Below, one piece after another: positions 37,863-46,671 of a stretch of DNA of 50,077 nucleotides. How positions within the stretch are numbered: position 1 is the first letter of the stretch; each line of letters opens with the position of its first letter. This DNA comes from Candidatus Parcubacteria bacterium (lineage in GTDB: Bacteria > Patescibacteriota > Minisyncoccia > UBA6257 > 2-01-FULL-56-20): contig DAHVRZ010000005.1 of NCBI GenBank assembly GCA_027324805.1, positions 1 through 50,077 of the forward strand, written 5' to 3'. The notes below the pieces were generated by a model. That model was not told the origin of the DNA and did no database searches. It saw only the letters and a list, made by a program, of their open reading frames with translations. Made by a program: the position numbers and the translations under genes.

Positions 37863-40424
37863 ATGGATGGCGCATCATATCCCGATGTTGCGGCGCTTGC
37901 GGCGTATGCCGACAACGATATTTTTCGATCGCTCGGCACGTCGGCGAAAGGCCTCGATCCGATGGAGGCCGCGCGTAGGTTCAAGGAATACGGGCCGAAC
38001 GAGTTCGGTGCCCACAAGAGGATCAGACCCGCACTCATTTTCCTTTCAAAGTTCCGGAACCCTCTTCAGATATTGCTGATCGCCGCGTCAGCTGTCACAT
38101 ATTCGCTCGGTTCGCATCTCGAGGCAATCATCATTCTTGCGATCGTGTTCGGCAGTGCCCTTATCGATTTCGTGAACAGCTACCGATCGGCGCAAGCGGC
38201 GGAGGCGCTCCAGAACAAAGTGCGTATCACTGCTGCGGTCATGCGCGGAGGTGAACTTGAGGAGAGAAACATGCGCGAAGTGGTTCCCGGGGATGTATTC
38301 AGCCTTGAAGCAGGTGACCTGGTCCCTGCGGATGGGTTACTGCTGGACGCAAAGGACCTTTTCCTCAACGAAAGTATGCTCACCGGCGAGTCGGTGCCGG
38401 TCGAGAAGTTTGCGGAGGTTCCTGCGGCAGGAGCCGACCGCGGTGCACGGACGGTACTTTTGGGCACGAGCGTGGTGAGCGGCAAGGGCCTTGCGGTGGC
38501 GTGCGAGACCGGCATCCATACGAAGGTTGGGGCGATCGCCGGCAAGCTCGCGAAGCCTGCCGAACCGACCGAGTTCGAACGGAATCTGAAGGATTTCAGC
38601 ATGTTCATCTTCCGTACGACCATCCTGCTTGTCCTCGCGGTCATTCTTCTTGATTATCTTTTTACCAAGCAGGATCCGCTCGAAATTTTTCTTTTCGCCG
38701 TTGCGATCGCGGTTGGAATCACGCCGGAACTCCTGCCTCTTATCGTGACGAGCAATCTTGCGAAAGGCGCCGTCCGCATGTCGGAAGGCGGCGTCATCGT
38801 GAAGCGGCTCGGTGCGATCCATAACTTCGGCGGAGTCGATGTGCTTTGTACCGACAAAACAGGAACGCTTACCGAGGACCGCATCACACTCGTCAAATGC
38901 CTCGATCCTTTCGGAAAGGAAAGCGAAGAAACGCTCTTTTGGGGCTACGTAAGCAGTACAAACCTCACCGGAATACGAGGCGTGCTCGATAAGGCTATCG
39001 AAGAGTTCAAGAAGGCCGAAGCCGAGGCCAAGGACGCTTCCTCGTGGAAGAAGGTGGATGAGATTCCTTTTGATGCGGAGCGACGGCTCGAGTCGGTCGT
39101 CGCACAAAAAGGGAACGAGGTTGTGCTTATCGCGAAGGGTGCTCCCGAGGGAATCCTTGGACATGCAACGCATTATGGCGGACTCGATCGTTCAAAGAAG
39201 CTCACTGCCGCGTCGCGTACGAAGATCGCCAAGCAATACGATGCGCTTTCGGCGGACGGATTCCGCGTACTTGCGGTCGGCATAAAGCGTGTTTCAAAGA
39301 GGAAGGCTTATGACAAGGATGACGAAGGAGGGCTTTCATTTCTCGGATTTCTTGCTTTTCTTGATCCGCCCAAGAAAAGCGTGAAAGATACGCTTACGCG
39401 GATGGCAGAGCATAACGTCAATATCAAGATCATCACGGGGGATAACTTCCTTGTGACGAAGCATATCGCCGAAGAAATTGGACTCGCCATCGTGAATCCG
39501 CTTACGGGCGACGATCTCTCGAAATTCGACGAACACCAATTGGCACGACGGGTCGAGGCGACGAATGTTTTCACGCGGGTCAATCCCGAACAGAAAGAGG
39601 CGATCATCCGGGCGCTCCGCTCAAACGGGCATGTCGTCGCCTATATGGGCGATGGCGTTAATGATGTGCTTTCCCTTAAGGAAGCGGATGTTGGCATTTC
39701 CGTGGACAATGCCGTGGATATCGCAAAGGAGACTGCCGACATCATCCTTTTGAAAAAAGGACTTGGCGAGATCATAGACGGCATCGTGGAGGGGCGGAAA
39801 ACGTTCGCCAACACGTTCAAATATCTCATGATGGCCCTTTCATCCAACTTCGGAAATATGTTCAGTATGCCTGTCGCATCACTATTCCTTCCGTTTCTTC
39901 CGATGACCGCGCCGCAGATTTTGCTCAATAATTTCCTCTACGATTCATCCCAGCTTGCGATTCCATTCGACAATGTCGACCCTGATTTTCTTGCGCGTCC
40001 GAAGAAATTCGATATTACATTCATGAAGAGGTTCATGATGATCTTCGGGCCCCTCTCGTCAGTGTTCGATTTTGCCACATTCGGCGTTCTCCTTATCGTG
40101 TTCCGCGCCTCGGGAGCGACATTTCAGACGGGCTGGTTCCTCGAATCGATCGCCACGCAGACGCTCGTTGTAAACATCATACGGAGCAAGTTCAATTTTT
40201 GGGCGAATGGTGGCCCAAGCAAGGCACTCCTCGGTGCGTCCATCGGTGCGGTTGTGCTGGCGTGGATCGTCGCTTATTCGCCGCTTGGTCCCGCATTCGG
40301 GTTCGCGCGCATCGGTGCTCCGGCTCTCGGTCTTATCCTTGTCATTGTGGCGGTCTACCTTGCGACCGTCGAAATAGCCAAGAAATATTTCTATCGGAGA
40401 TACGGGGCGCTTATTGAGAAATAG
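37863..40424 (+). CDS. mgtA: Magnesium-translocating P-type ATPase
   Basis: LTGES.PVEK, PELLPLIV..NLAKGA, DKTGTLT, DPPK, GDGVND, SSNFGNMFS, QILLNNFLYD, FQTGWFLES. Confidence 0.93.
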   Translation: MDGASYPDVAALAAYADNDIFRSLGTSAKGLDPMEAARRFKEYGPNEFGAHKRIRPALIFLSKFRNPLQILLIAASAVTYSLGSHLEAIIILAIVFGSALIDFVNSYRSAQAAEALQNKVRITAAVMRGGELEERNMREVVPGDVFSLEAGDLVPADGLLLDAKDLFLNESMLTGESVPVEKFAEVPAAGADRGARTVLLGTSVVSGKGLAVACETGIHTKVGAIAGKLAKPAEPTEFERNLKDFSMFIFRTTILLVLAVILLDYLFTKQDPLEIFLFAVAIAVGITPELLPLIVTSNLAKGAVRMSEGGVIVKRLGAIHNFGGVDVLCTDKTGTLTEDRITLVKCLDPFGKESEETLFWGYVSSTNLTGIRGVLDKAIEEFKKAEAEAKDASSWKKVDEIPFDAERRLESVVAQKGNEVVLIAKGAPEGILGHATHYGGLDRSKKLTAASRTKIAKQYDALSADGFRVLAVGIKRVSKRKAYDKDDEGGLSFLGFLAFLDPPKKSVKDTLTRMAEHNVNIKIITGDNFLVTKHIAEEIGLAIVNPLTGDDLSKFDEHQLARRVEATNVFTRVNPEQKEAIIRALRSNGHVVAYMGDGVNDVLSLKEADVGISVDNAVDIAKETADIILLKKGLGEIIDGIVEGRKTFANTFKYLMMALSSNFGNMFSMPVASLFLPFLPMTAPQILLNNFLYDSSQLAIPFDNVDPDFLARPKKFDITFMKRFMMIFGPLSSVFDFATFGVLLIVFRASGATFQTGWFLESIATQTLVVNIIRSKFNFWANGGPSKALLGASIGAVVLAWIVAYSPLGPAFGFARIGAPALGLILVIVAVYLATVEIAKKYFYRRYGALIEK

Positions 40425-40448
40425 CGAATAATATAATGCATAGTATGA

Positions 40449-40712
40449 TTTTTAAGAAGTATCGGAACCATACCACCCAATACTTGGATATTCGTCGCAT
40501 GCACATACGATGGCGCCATCCTCCGGATCTATTTCAATGGCGTGCTTGATTCTGCTCAGGCAATGTCTGCGCCGGACATTCCCATATTCATTAAAATCGG
40601 CGCTGAGTCATGGACCATCGGATATCTGGAAGGATCCCTCAATGATATGCGCATCTATGACCGGATATTTTCCGCTGCGGAAGTACAGGAGATATCCGAT
40701 GCCGAGAACTGA
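40449..40712 (+). pseudogene. LamG/concanavalin-A-like domain fragment (C-terminal half) with no in-frame 5' start
   Basis: Manual translation gives ...PPNTWIFVACTYDGAILRIYFNGVLD...IG.....YLEGSLNDMRIYDRIFSAAEVQEISDAEN*. An in-frame TGA at 40446-40448 precedes it. Not in the supplied ORF track. Confidence 0.75.
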
Positions 40713-40714
40713 TT

Positions 40715-41608
40715 TCAGCGGTTAATAAACCAAACGCCGGCAAGCACGAGGGCAAGCGAAACGAGTTTAAGGCTGAGCATGGAACGCGAGATATCTTCCT
40801 TCAGGATGCGCGGGAACCAGAGGGAGATGATCGTACCGTACAGAAAGACGAAAAGAGGGATGAGGCCGCCGATCACGGATACGAGGGAGACCGGGCCGAG
40901 GGCGATCGCGAAGAACCAGAACATCTGGCCGAGAAAATAGACGGCTTCGTTCGCGCCGACGGTCAGCCATGCTCCGGCACGCAATGCGCGGAACTGTACG
41001 ATACACCGGCGGTAATAGATCGCGAAAAGGATGAGCGCTCCGATCGCGATGCCCAGGAAGGTATATGCGGCAGTGCCCCAAAATCCCTGATCGAGTGTGA
41101 TGAATTTGAAGAGTACGGTGGGTGCCGCCCAAAGGACGCTTGTCAAAATGATCCACCCGAACGACTTTCGGATCCTGAACATTCGAATATCGAAGCGTTC
41201 CACTGCGAGAAGGAAGCTTCCCGCGAGGATGAGCATGAATGCGAACACCTGAAGGGCGGTGAGGGTTTCGCTCAGGAAAATAAACGAAAAAATAAGGACG
41301 AGCACCGGTACGAGCTGGAAAAAAGGCATGACCGTGGATGCATCATCGTATGAAAGCGCTTTGTAATACGGAACGAGCGCGATCTCGTCCATGATGCCTA
41401 CCGCAAGAAGGATGAGTACCTGCTCCGCGGAGAATGCGCCGAATCCCTTTATGGCGAAAATGATCGCGGCGCCGACGAGCACGATAATGCCCCCAAACGC
41501 ACTCAAAAAAATGGGATCCTTGATCCGTTTTTCAATGAGGAATTTATCGATAATGCTCGATGCGCCGAAAAGCGCCGGTGCCGCGAGAGCGAAAGCGAGC
41601 CAGGGCAT
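40715..41608 (-). CDS. EamA/DMT family transporter
   Basis: About 10 TM helices in two halves; P....F....FLSE.L and GPVSLVS motifs. Confidence 0.85.
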   Translation of the reverse strand: MPWLAFALAAPALFGASSIIDKFLIEKRIKDPIFLSAFGGIIVLVGAAIIFAIKGFGAFSAEQVLILLAVGIMDEIALVPYYKALSYDDASTVMPFFQLVPVLVLIFSFIFLSETLTALQVFAFMLILAGSFLLAVERFDIRMFRIRKSFGWIILTSVLWAAPTVLFKFITLDQGFWGTAAYTFLGIAIGALILFAIYYRRCIVQFRALRAGAWLTVGANEAVYFLGQMFWFFAIALGPVSLVSVIGGLIPLFVFLYGTIISLWFPRILKEDISRSMLSLKLVSLALVLAGVWFINR

Positions 41609-41620
41609 CGCGTACCTGCG

Positions 41621-42118
41621 TTACGCCTTTGATCTCTTTGCGACCGCCGATTTCTTTTCCACACTTTCGCTCACATTGAGCTTTCTGAGGAGATAGAGGA
41701 CGAAGGCGAGGATGATGGCCGTCGTGATCGCGAACGGGATGAGGCCGATACCCACAAGCGCGCCGATGCCGGCTGCCGCCCATACGAGCGCCGCGGTCGT
41801 CACGCCGCGTGGATGATCGTTCTGTTTGATGATGATGCCGGCGCCGAGGAATCCGATGCCGACCACGATGTTTGCGATTACGGCAAGGAAGCCGCTGTTG
41901 CGCGCAACGACGTCGCCGAGCGACGACCCCGTACCGGGGTAGACGATATAGGGCAACGAAATGCTTATCATTGAAAAGATAGCCGCACCTGTCGTCACGA
42001 GTCCCAGTGTCCGCACGCCCGCCTCTTCCTTTCCGACAAGTTCGCGTTCGAGGCCGAGAAGCGCCCCAAGGACGAGTGCGATAAGAAAACGTCCGAGCAT
42101 TTGTTCAAACGTCAACAT
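41621..42118 (-). CDS. mgtC: MgtC/SapB family protein
   Basis: LGALLGLERE...AGVRT, ANIVVGIGFLGAGII, GVTTAALVW.AAGIG. True start is probably the ATG at 42118. Confidence 0.9.
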   Translation of the reverse strand: MLTFEQMLGRFLIALVLGALLGLERELVGKEEAGVRTLGLVTTGAAIFSMISISLPYIVYPGTGSSLGDVVARNSGFLAVIANIVVGIGFLGAGIIIKQNDHPRGVTTAALVWAAAGIGALVGIGLIPFAITTAIILAFVLYLLRKLNVSESVEKKSAVAKRSKA

Positions 42119-42148
42119 TGTACTAATATTACCATATTGCTTACAGCT

Positions 42149-43552
42149 ATGAGAACAAACGTCATCGATATCGTTGCGAAGGAGGGGCAGGAAATCGAGG
42201 TATATGGCTGGGTCCATGCCCGGAGGGATCACGGAAAGCTTGTTTTCATCGACCTGCGGGACCGTAGCGGCCTCATGCAGGTGGTCTTCGGCCCCAAGAT
42301 CGCAGGCGCGTCGGACCTGCGTCTCGAATATGTCGTGAAGGTCACCGGTATGGTGAACAAACGTCCGGAGAACATGATCAATGACAAAATCCCGACCGGA
42401 AAGCACGAGATCTTCGCGAGCGGGCTTGAGATCCTGAATGTCTCCAATGAAATGCCGATCCCAGTGGATACGGACGGGTACGACATCAACGAGGAAAAAC
42501 GTTTGAAATACCGCTATCTCGATCTTCGCCGCGAGCGTCTTGCGAAGAACATCGCGTTCCGTCACGGGACGATCTCGTTCATCCGTAATTTCCTCAACGA
42601 GCAGGGATTCTATGAAGTCGAGACGCCGAACCTCACCCGTTCCACGCCGGAAGGAGCGCGTGATTATCTCGTACCTTCCCGCATCCAGAAGGGGAATTTT
42701 TACGCCCTTCCGCAGTCGCCCCAGCAGTACAAACAGCTTCTCATGGTGGCCGGCATCGAAAAATATTTCCAGATTGCGAGGTGCTTCCGCGACGAGGACA
42801 CGCGGGGCGACCGACAGCCGGAGTTCACTCAGCTCGATATGGAAATGAGCTTCGTCGAGGAGGAAGATGTTTTGAAACTCAACGAAGAACTTCTCATCGC
42901 ACTCGTCAAGAAGGTCTCTCCGGAAAAAAAGATTCAGGAGATCCCGTTCCCGCGCCTCACTTATAAGGAGTCAATGGAACGGTATGGTACCGACCGTCCG
43001 GATCTCCGTACCGACAAGAACGATCCGAACCTCCTTGCATTTTGCTGGGTGATCGACTTTCCGTTCTTCGAAAAAACGGATGAAGGCGGATGGACCTTCA
43101 CGCACAACCCATTCTCTGCGCCGAAGCCGGAATTCATGGACGACCTTCTCGCCAAGCGTAATATCGAGGGCATCCTCACCACGCAGTACGATGTGGCGAT
43201 GAACGGGCTTGAGATCGGGGGTGGAAGCATCCGTAATCATCGCCCCGAGGCGCTTGAGGCGGTGTTTGAAATAATGGGCTTCGAAAAAGAACGTATCCAC
43301 AAGAATTTCGGGCATATACTCGAGGCGCTCGGCTATGGCGCGCCGCCCCATGGCGGCATTGCCTGGGGTCTTGATCGGCTCATTTCGCTCCTGCGCGCGG
43401 AGCCGAACATCCGCGAGGTGATTGCCTTTCCGAAAACGGGCGATGGACGCGATCCGATGATGGGTTCGCCCGCGGAGGTGGATGATGCGCAACTCAAGGA
43501 GCTTGGGATCCTGATCGATGAAAAAGCGCAACCGAAAGAGGGTAAAAAATAA
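42149..43552 (+). CDS. aspS: Aspartate--tRNA ligase (bacterial type, lacking the GAD insertion domain)
   Basis: GWVHARRDHG, RLKYRYLDLRR, STPEGARDYLVP, ALPQSPQ, CFRDED.R.DRQPEFTQLD, GAPPHGGIAWGLDR. Confidence 0.96.
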   Translation: MRTNVIDIVAKEGQEIEVYGWVHARRDHGKLVFIDLRDRSGLMQVVFGPKIAGASDLRLEYVVKVTGMVNKRPENMINDKIPTGKHEIFASGLEILNVSNEMPIPVDTDGYDINEEKRLKYRYLDLRRERLAKNIAFRHGTISFIRNFLNEQGFYEVETPNLTRSTPEGARDYLVPSRIQKGNFYALPQSPQQYKQLLMVAGIEKYFQIARCFRDEDTRGDRQPEFTQLDMEMSFVEEEDVLKLNEELLIALVKKVSPEKKIQEIPFPRLTYKESMERYGTDRPDLRTDKNDPNLLAFCWVIDFPFFEKTDEGGWTFTHNPFSAPKPEFMDDLLAKRNIEGILTTQYDVAMNGLEIGGGSIRNHRPEALEAVFEIMGFEKERIHKNFGHILEALGYGAPPHGGIAWGLDRLISLLRAEPNIREVIAFPKTGDGRDPMMGSPAEVDDAQLKELGILIDEKAQPKEGKK

Positions 43553-43573
43553 ACCATAAAAAATAACAACATC

Positions 43574-44068
43574 ATGGAACGTTCGCTCGTATTGCTCAAG
43601 CCGGATGCATTGGATCGGGGTATCGTCGGAGAGGTTATTCATCGTTTCGAGCGTGCCGGCATCAAGATCGTCGGTATGAAGATGGTGGTTGCAAACGAAG
43701 AAACCGCCAAAAAGCATTACACGGAAGATCTGGCGCAGCGGCGCGGTGAGGCGGTCCGCAACCTCATGATCTCAATGATCTCCTCCGGCCCGATTGTCGC
43801 ACTGGCTCTCGAAGGCGTGGAAGTGGTCGAGGTCGTCCGCAAGATGGTCGGTACGACCGAACCGAAGTCCGCAGCACCGGGCACGATCCGCGGTGACTTT
43901 GCGCATGTGTCCTTCAAACACGCCGATGAACATAAGATGGGTGTGTTCAATCTCATTCACGCGTCGGGTTCCAAAGAAGAAGGTGAAACCGAAATTGCGG
44001 TGTGGTTCAAACCCGAGGAGCTTGTCGAGCATCACCCCTCCTATACCCATATCACCTTGAAGCAATAG
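43574..44068 (+). CDS. ndk: Nucleoside diphosphate kinase
   Basis: ERSLVLLKPDA, SGP.VA, R.MVG.T.P..A.PGTIRGDF, N.IHAS. Confidence 0.96.
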   Translation: MERSLVLLKPDALDRGIVGEVIHRFERAGIKIVGMKMVVANEETAKKHYTEDLAQRRGEAVRNLMISMISSGPIVALALEGVEVVEVVRKMVGTTEPKSAAPGTIRGDFAHVSFKHADEHKMGVFNLIHASGSKEEGETEIAVWFKPEELVEHHPSYTHITLKQ

Positions 44069-44083
44069 GCTTTATTTATCACC

Positions 44084-44461
44084 ATGGAATTCATTCATAC
44101 TGATCATCCCATAGAGAATGAATATCCAAAGTTGGTAAGGGATAATATACCCGCCATCATCGAAGCGCATACGGGTGCGGCACCGGAAACACGGATTGCG
44201 GCGGACGATGCCGAGTTCGAGCGTTTCCTGTTGAAGAAGGTTGTCGAAGAGGCGACGGAACTCCAGCATTCCGCGGAGCAAGACAATCTTGAAGAGGAGA
44301 TTGCGGACCTCAATGAGATCATTGCGTCGCTTTTGAAACTTCGGGACAGGAAGGAGGATGAGATCGCCGCCATTCAAATGGAGAAGCGCGAGAAGAACGG
44401 CGGATTCGACAAGCGCATCATCATGCTTTCGAAGATAGCGAAGCCCGAAAGCGGGAAATAA
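44084..44461 (+). CDS. All-alpha NTP pyrophosphohydrolase (MazG-like house-cleaning)
   Basis: KLVRDNIP..I, K..EEA.E, EEIADL.E, KREKNGGF. Confidence 0.85.
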   Translation: MEFIHTDHPIENEYPKLVRDNIPAIIEAHTGAAPETRIAADDAEFERFLLKKVVEEATELQHSAEQDNLEEEIADLNEIIASLLKLRDRKEDEIAAIQMEKREKNGGFDKRIIMLSKIAKPESGK

Positions 44462-44472
44462 CTCCAGCTTTT

Positions 44473-44940
44473 ATGAAACAAACGAACATCTGCTTTTTGG
44501 TCAAAGACGGGAACGTTCTTCTTGGTATGAAGAAGAGGGGTTTTGGTGTGGGAAAATGGAATGGGTTCGGGGGTAAGGTGGAGGCCGGCGAGGATCCGAA
44601 GAGCGCGATCATTCGCGAGCTCAAAGAGGAGGCCGGCGTGGATGTCGCACCGGACGATCTCCGGGACGCCGGCATCCTTACATTTACATTTAAGGATAAT
44701 TCCGATTGGGACAATTCCTGCCAGGTCTTTACGACCGAAACATGGACCGGCGATCCTGCGGAATCGGATGAGATGAGGCCGATGTGGTATCCCATTTCCG
44801 AACTTCCATTCGAATCGATGTGGGCGGACGATCCGCATTGGGTGCCGCTCGTGCTTCAAGGGAGGAAGATCAATGGAAGGTTTCTTTTTGACGATAAAGG
44901 GGGTGAGTTACTGAACTTCGCCGTTTCGACGAAACAATAA
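44473..44940 (+). CDS. Nudix hydrolase, 8-oxo-dGTP diphosphatase (MTH1/NUDT1-like)
   Basis: LLGMKKRGFGVGKWNGFGGKVE.GE......RELKEEAG; ESDEMRP.W; MWADD. Confidence 0.92.
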   Translation: MKQTNICFLVKDGNVLLGMKKRGFGVGKWNGFGGKVEAGEDPKSAIIRELKEEAGVDVAPDDLRDAGILTFTFKDNSDWDNSCQVFTTETWTGDPAESDEMRPMWYPISELPFESMWADDPHWVPLVLQGRKINGRFLFDDKGGELLNFAVSTKQ

Positions 44941-44965
44941 AAAAGCCCCATGAGGGGCTTTTTTT
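44939..44965. terminator. Bidirectional terminator
   Basis: aaaaaagcccc-atga-ggggcttttttt between convergent genes. Confidence 0.9.
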
Positions 44966-44983
44966 ATCGCTTCCGTCCATCCC

Positions 44984-45709
44984 TTATCCCTCTTTTTCAA
45001 ATGCCTTCACAATAGGATCAAAATCGCCTTCCATGATTTTTTCGATGTTGTGCCATTTCTTTCCGATGCGGTGGTCGGTGATACGGTCGTCCGGGAAATT
45101 GTAGGTGCGGATCTTTTCCGAGCGATCGCCGGTTCCGATCTGTTCGCGGCGCATGTCGGTGACGTTGCCGGTGGCTCTGATCTGCTCGATCTCATAAAGT
45201 TTGGCGCGGAGAACATCCATCGCCTTTTCGCGGTTCGCATATTGCGAGCGTTCCTCGCGCGATGCGACAACGATACCCGTTGGCTTGTGGAGGATCCGCA
45301 CCGCAGTTTCCACTTTATTGACGTTCTGGCCGCCGGGTCCGCCCGCGCGGGAAAAGGTCACTTCGAGATCGTTGTCCGCGATGCGGACCTCTTTCGCTTC
45401 GACGATCGGAAGGATTGCAACCGATGCGGTCGAGGTGTGGACGCGGCCCGACTTTTCGGTGACCGGGATCCGCTGGACGCGATGCACGCCCGATTCATGT
45501 TTGAACGCATCATAGCATCCTTCGCCCTTCACTTCGGCGACGAGGTGTTTGTAGCCCTGGCCGTTATCATTCGAATCGAGGACGGAAAAGGTCCAGCCCT
45601 GTTTGGCGCAATAACGCTGGTACATGCGTGCAAGATCTCCGGCGAAAATGGATGCTTCGTCGCCGCCGGCACCAGCCCGGATTTCCATGATGATTTTATT
45701 GGTGGTCAT
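44984..45709 (-). CDS. prfA: Peptide chain release factor 1, lacking N-terminal domain 1
   Basis: [25 protein letters not shown] (PxT motif), [22 protein letters not shown]; only 241 aa. Confidence 0.9.
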   Translation of the reverse strand: MTTNKIIMEIRAGAGGDEASIFAGDLARMYQRYCAKQGWTFSVLDSNDNGQGYKHLVAEVKGEGCYDAFKHESGVHRVQRIPVTEKSGRVHTSTASVAILPIVEAKEVRIADNDLEVTFSRAGGPGGQNVNKVETAVRILHKPTGIVVASREERSQYANREKAMDVLRAKLYEIEQIRATGNVTDMRREQIGTGDRSEKIRTYNFPDDRITDHRIGKKWHNIEKIMEGDFDPIVKAFEKEG

Positions 45710-45748
45710 AACGGGACTATCCTATCACATCGGGCGGAATATGAAAAT

Positions 45749-45799
45749 AAAAAAAGGGCCTTTGCCGGAGGCCGTGGTTACGGTCGGCAAAGGTCCCTT
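45749..45799 (-). terminator. Terminator of the two-gene island
   Basis: Minus strand AAGGGACCTTTGCCG...CGGCAAAGGCCCTTTTTTT. Confidence 0.8.
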
Positions 45800-45825
45800 G
45801 AGTGATGATGTGTACTGACAAAGTG

Positions 45826-46659
45826 CTATTGCGGCGCCGGTGCGGGCACTGAAGCGTTTGCACCTGCCGATGCGCTTGAGCTCGAACCTGAGTTCGATTT
45901 GCTCTTGCTCGAGCTTGAACTGTTGCTCGCGCTCGAGCTTGAACTCGAGCTGTTGCCTCCGGTCGCCGAGGCGTTTCCGCCTTGACCCCCGGTGGCGCTT
46001 GCCGAGTTGTTGCCCGCGTTGGAGACGCTCGCTCCACCTCCGCTCTGGGACACGTTGATGCCTGCCACGTTCTGGTAGGCCATGCCCATGCTGAAGCCGG
46101 TTGCGTCCGTCATGTGATACAGGAGCTGCCACAAGTGATCGTGTTTCAGATACCCAGCCCTCATTGTTACGAGGTTGGTATCCGCCTGCATCGCCTTCTT
46201 GCGAAGGGGCAGGAGCTCATTGTCGTCTGTTGTCTGCTGAGCAACAAGCCCTGCGTCGGCGTGGATCTTCTCGATCTGCGCCTCTGCGAGCATCCTCTCG
46301 GTTTCTGCGCGGAACTGGTTCGTTCCTTGTGAGGGGATCTGGACTTGTTGGAGCCTCTGCTGATCCGTGTCGGCCTTTTCTTTTTCGGAGTCGGCCCAGG
46401 TCTGCAGGGGTTTCTCGAGACAGCATGGCATCATGAGCGGCAGGGTTGGAATCTCTGCCGCCGCCGGTGCGGGCTGCGGTTTCGGACTGGAAGCAATGTG
46501 CACGGTCTTTGGGGCCGGAGGGAGCACCGCATAGCAGTGCTTCACGTCCCCGCCGCACGGCGGGCAATTGCTCTTCGTGTTGGGCGGTTTCTGCGCACCC
46601 TGGGCAAGCAACCCCAGGGCAGAGAACAACATGGTGAGAACGACGAGGTGTTTCCTCAT
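45826..46659 (-). CDS. Hypothetical secreted protein (Cys-rich N-terminus, coiled coil, Ser/Gly/Ala-rich tail)
   Basis: Signal peptide MRKHLVVLTMLFSALGLLA; strong SD AAGGAGGAG upstream; 12 bp from the upstream gene. Confidence 0.75.
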   Translation of the reverse strand: MRKHLVVLTMLFSALGLLAQGAQKPPNTKSNCPPCGGDVKHCYAVLPPAPKTVHIASSPKPQPAPAAAEIPTLPLMMPCCLEKPLQTWADSEKEKADTDQQRLQQVQIPSQGTNQFRAETERMLAEAQIEKIHADAGLVAQQTTDDNELLPLRKKAMQADTNLVTMRAGYLKHDHLWQLLYHMTDATGFSMGMAYQNVAGINVSQSGGGASVSNAGNNSASATGGQGGNASATGGNSSSSSSSASNSSSSSKSKSNSGSSSSASAGANASVPAPAPQ

Positions 46660-46671
46660 CGCTCCTCCTTC

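Noticed and set aside
42119-42565. Long N-terminal extension of MgtC in the ORF track
   Set aside because: It overlaps aspS on the other strand; an ATG at 42118 with an upstream TGgTAATAT motif fits better.
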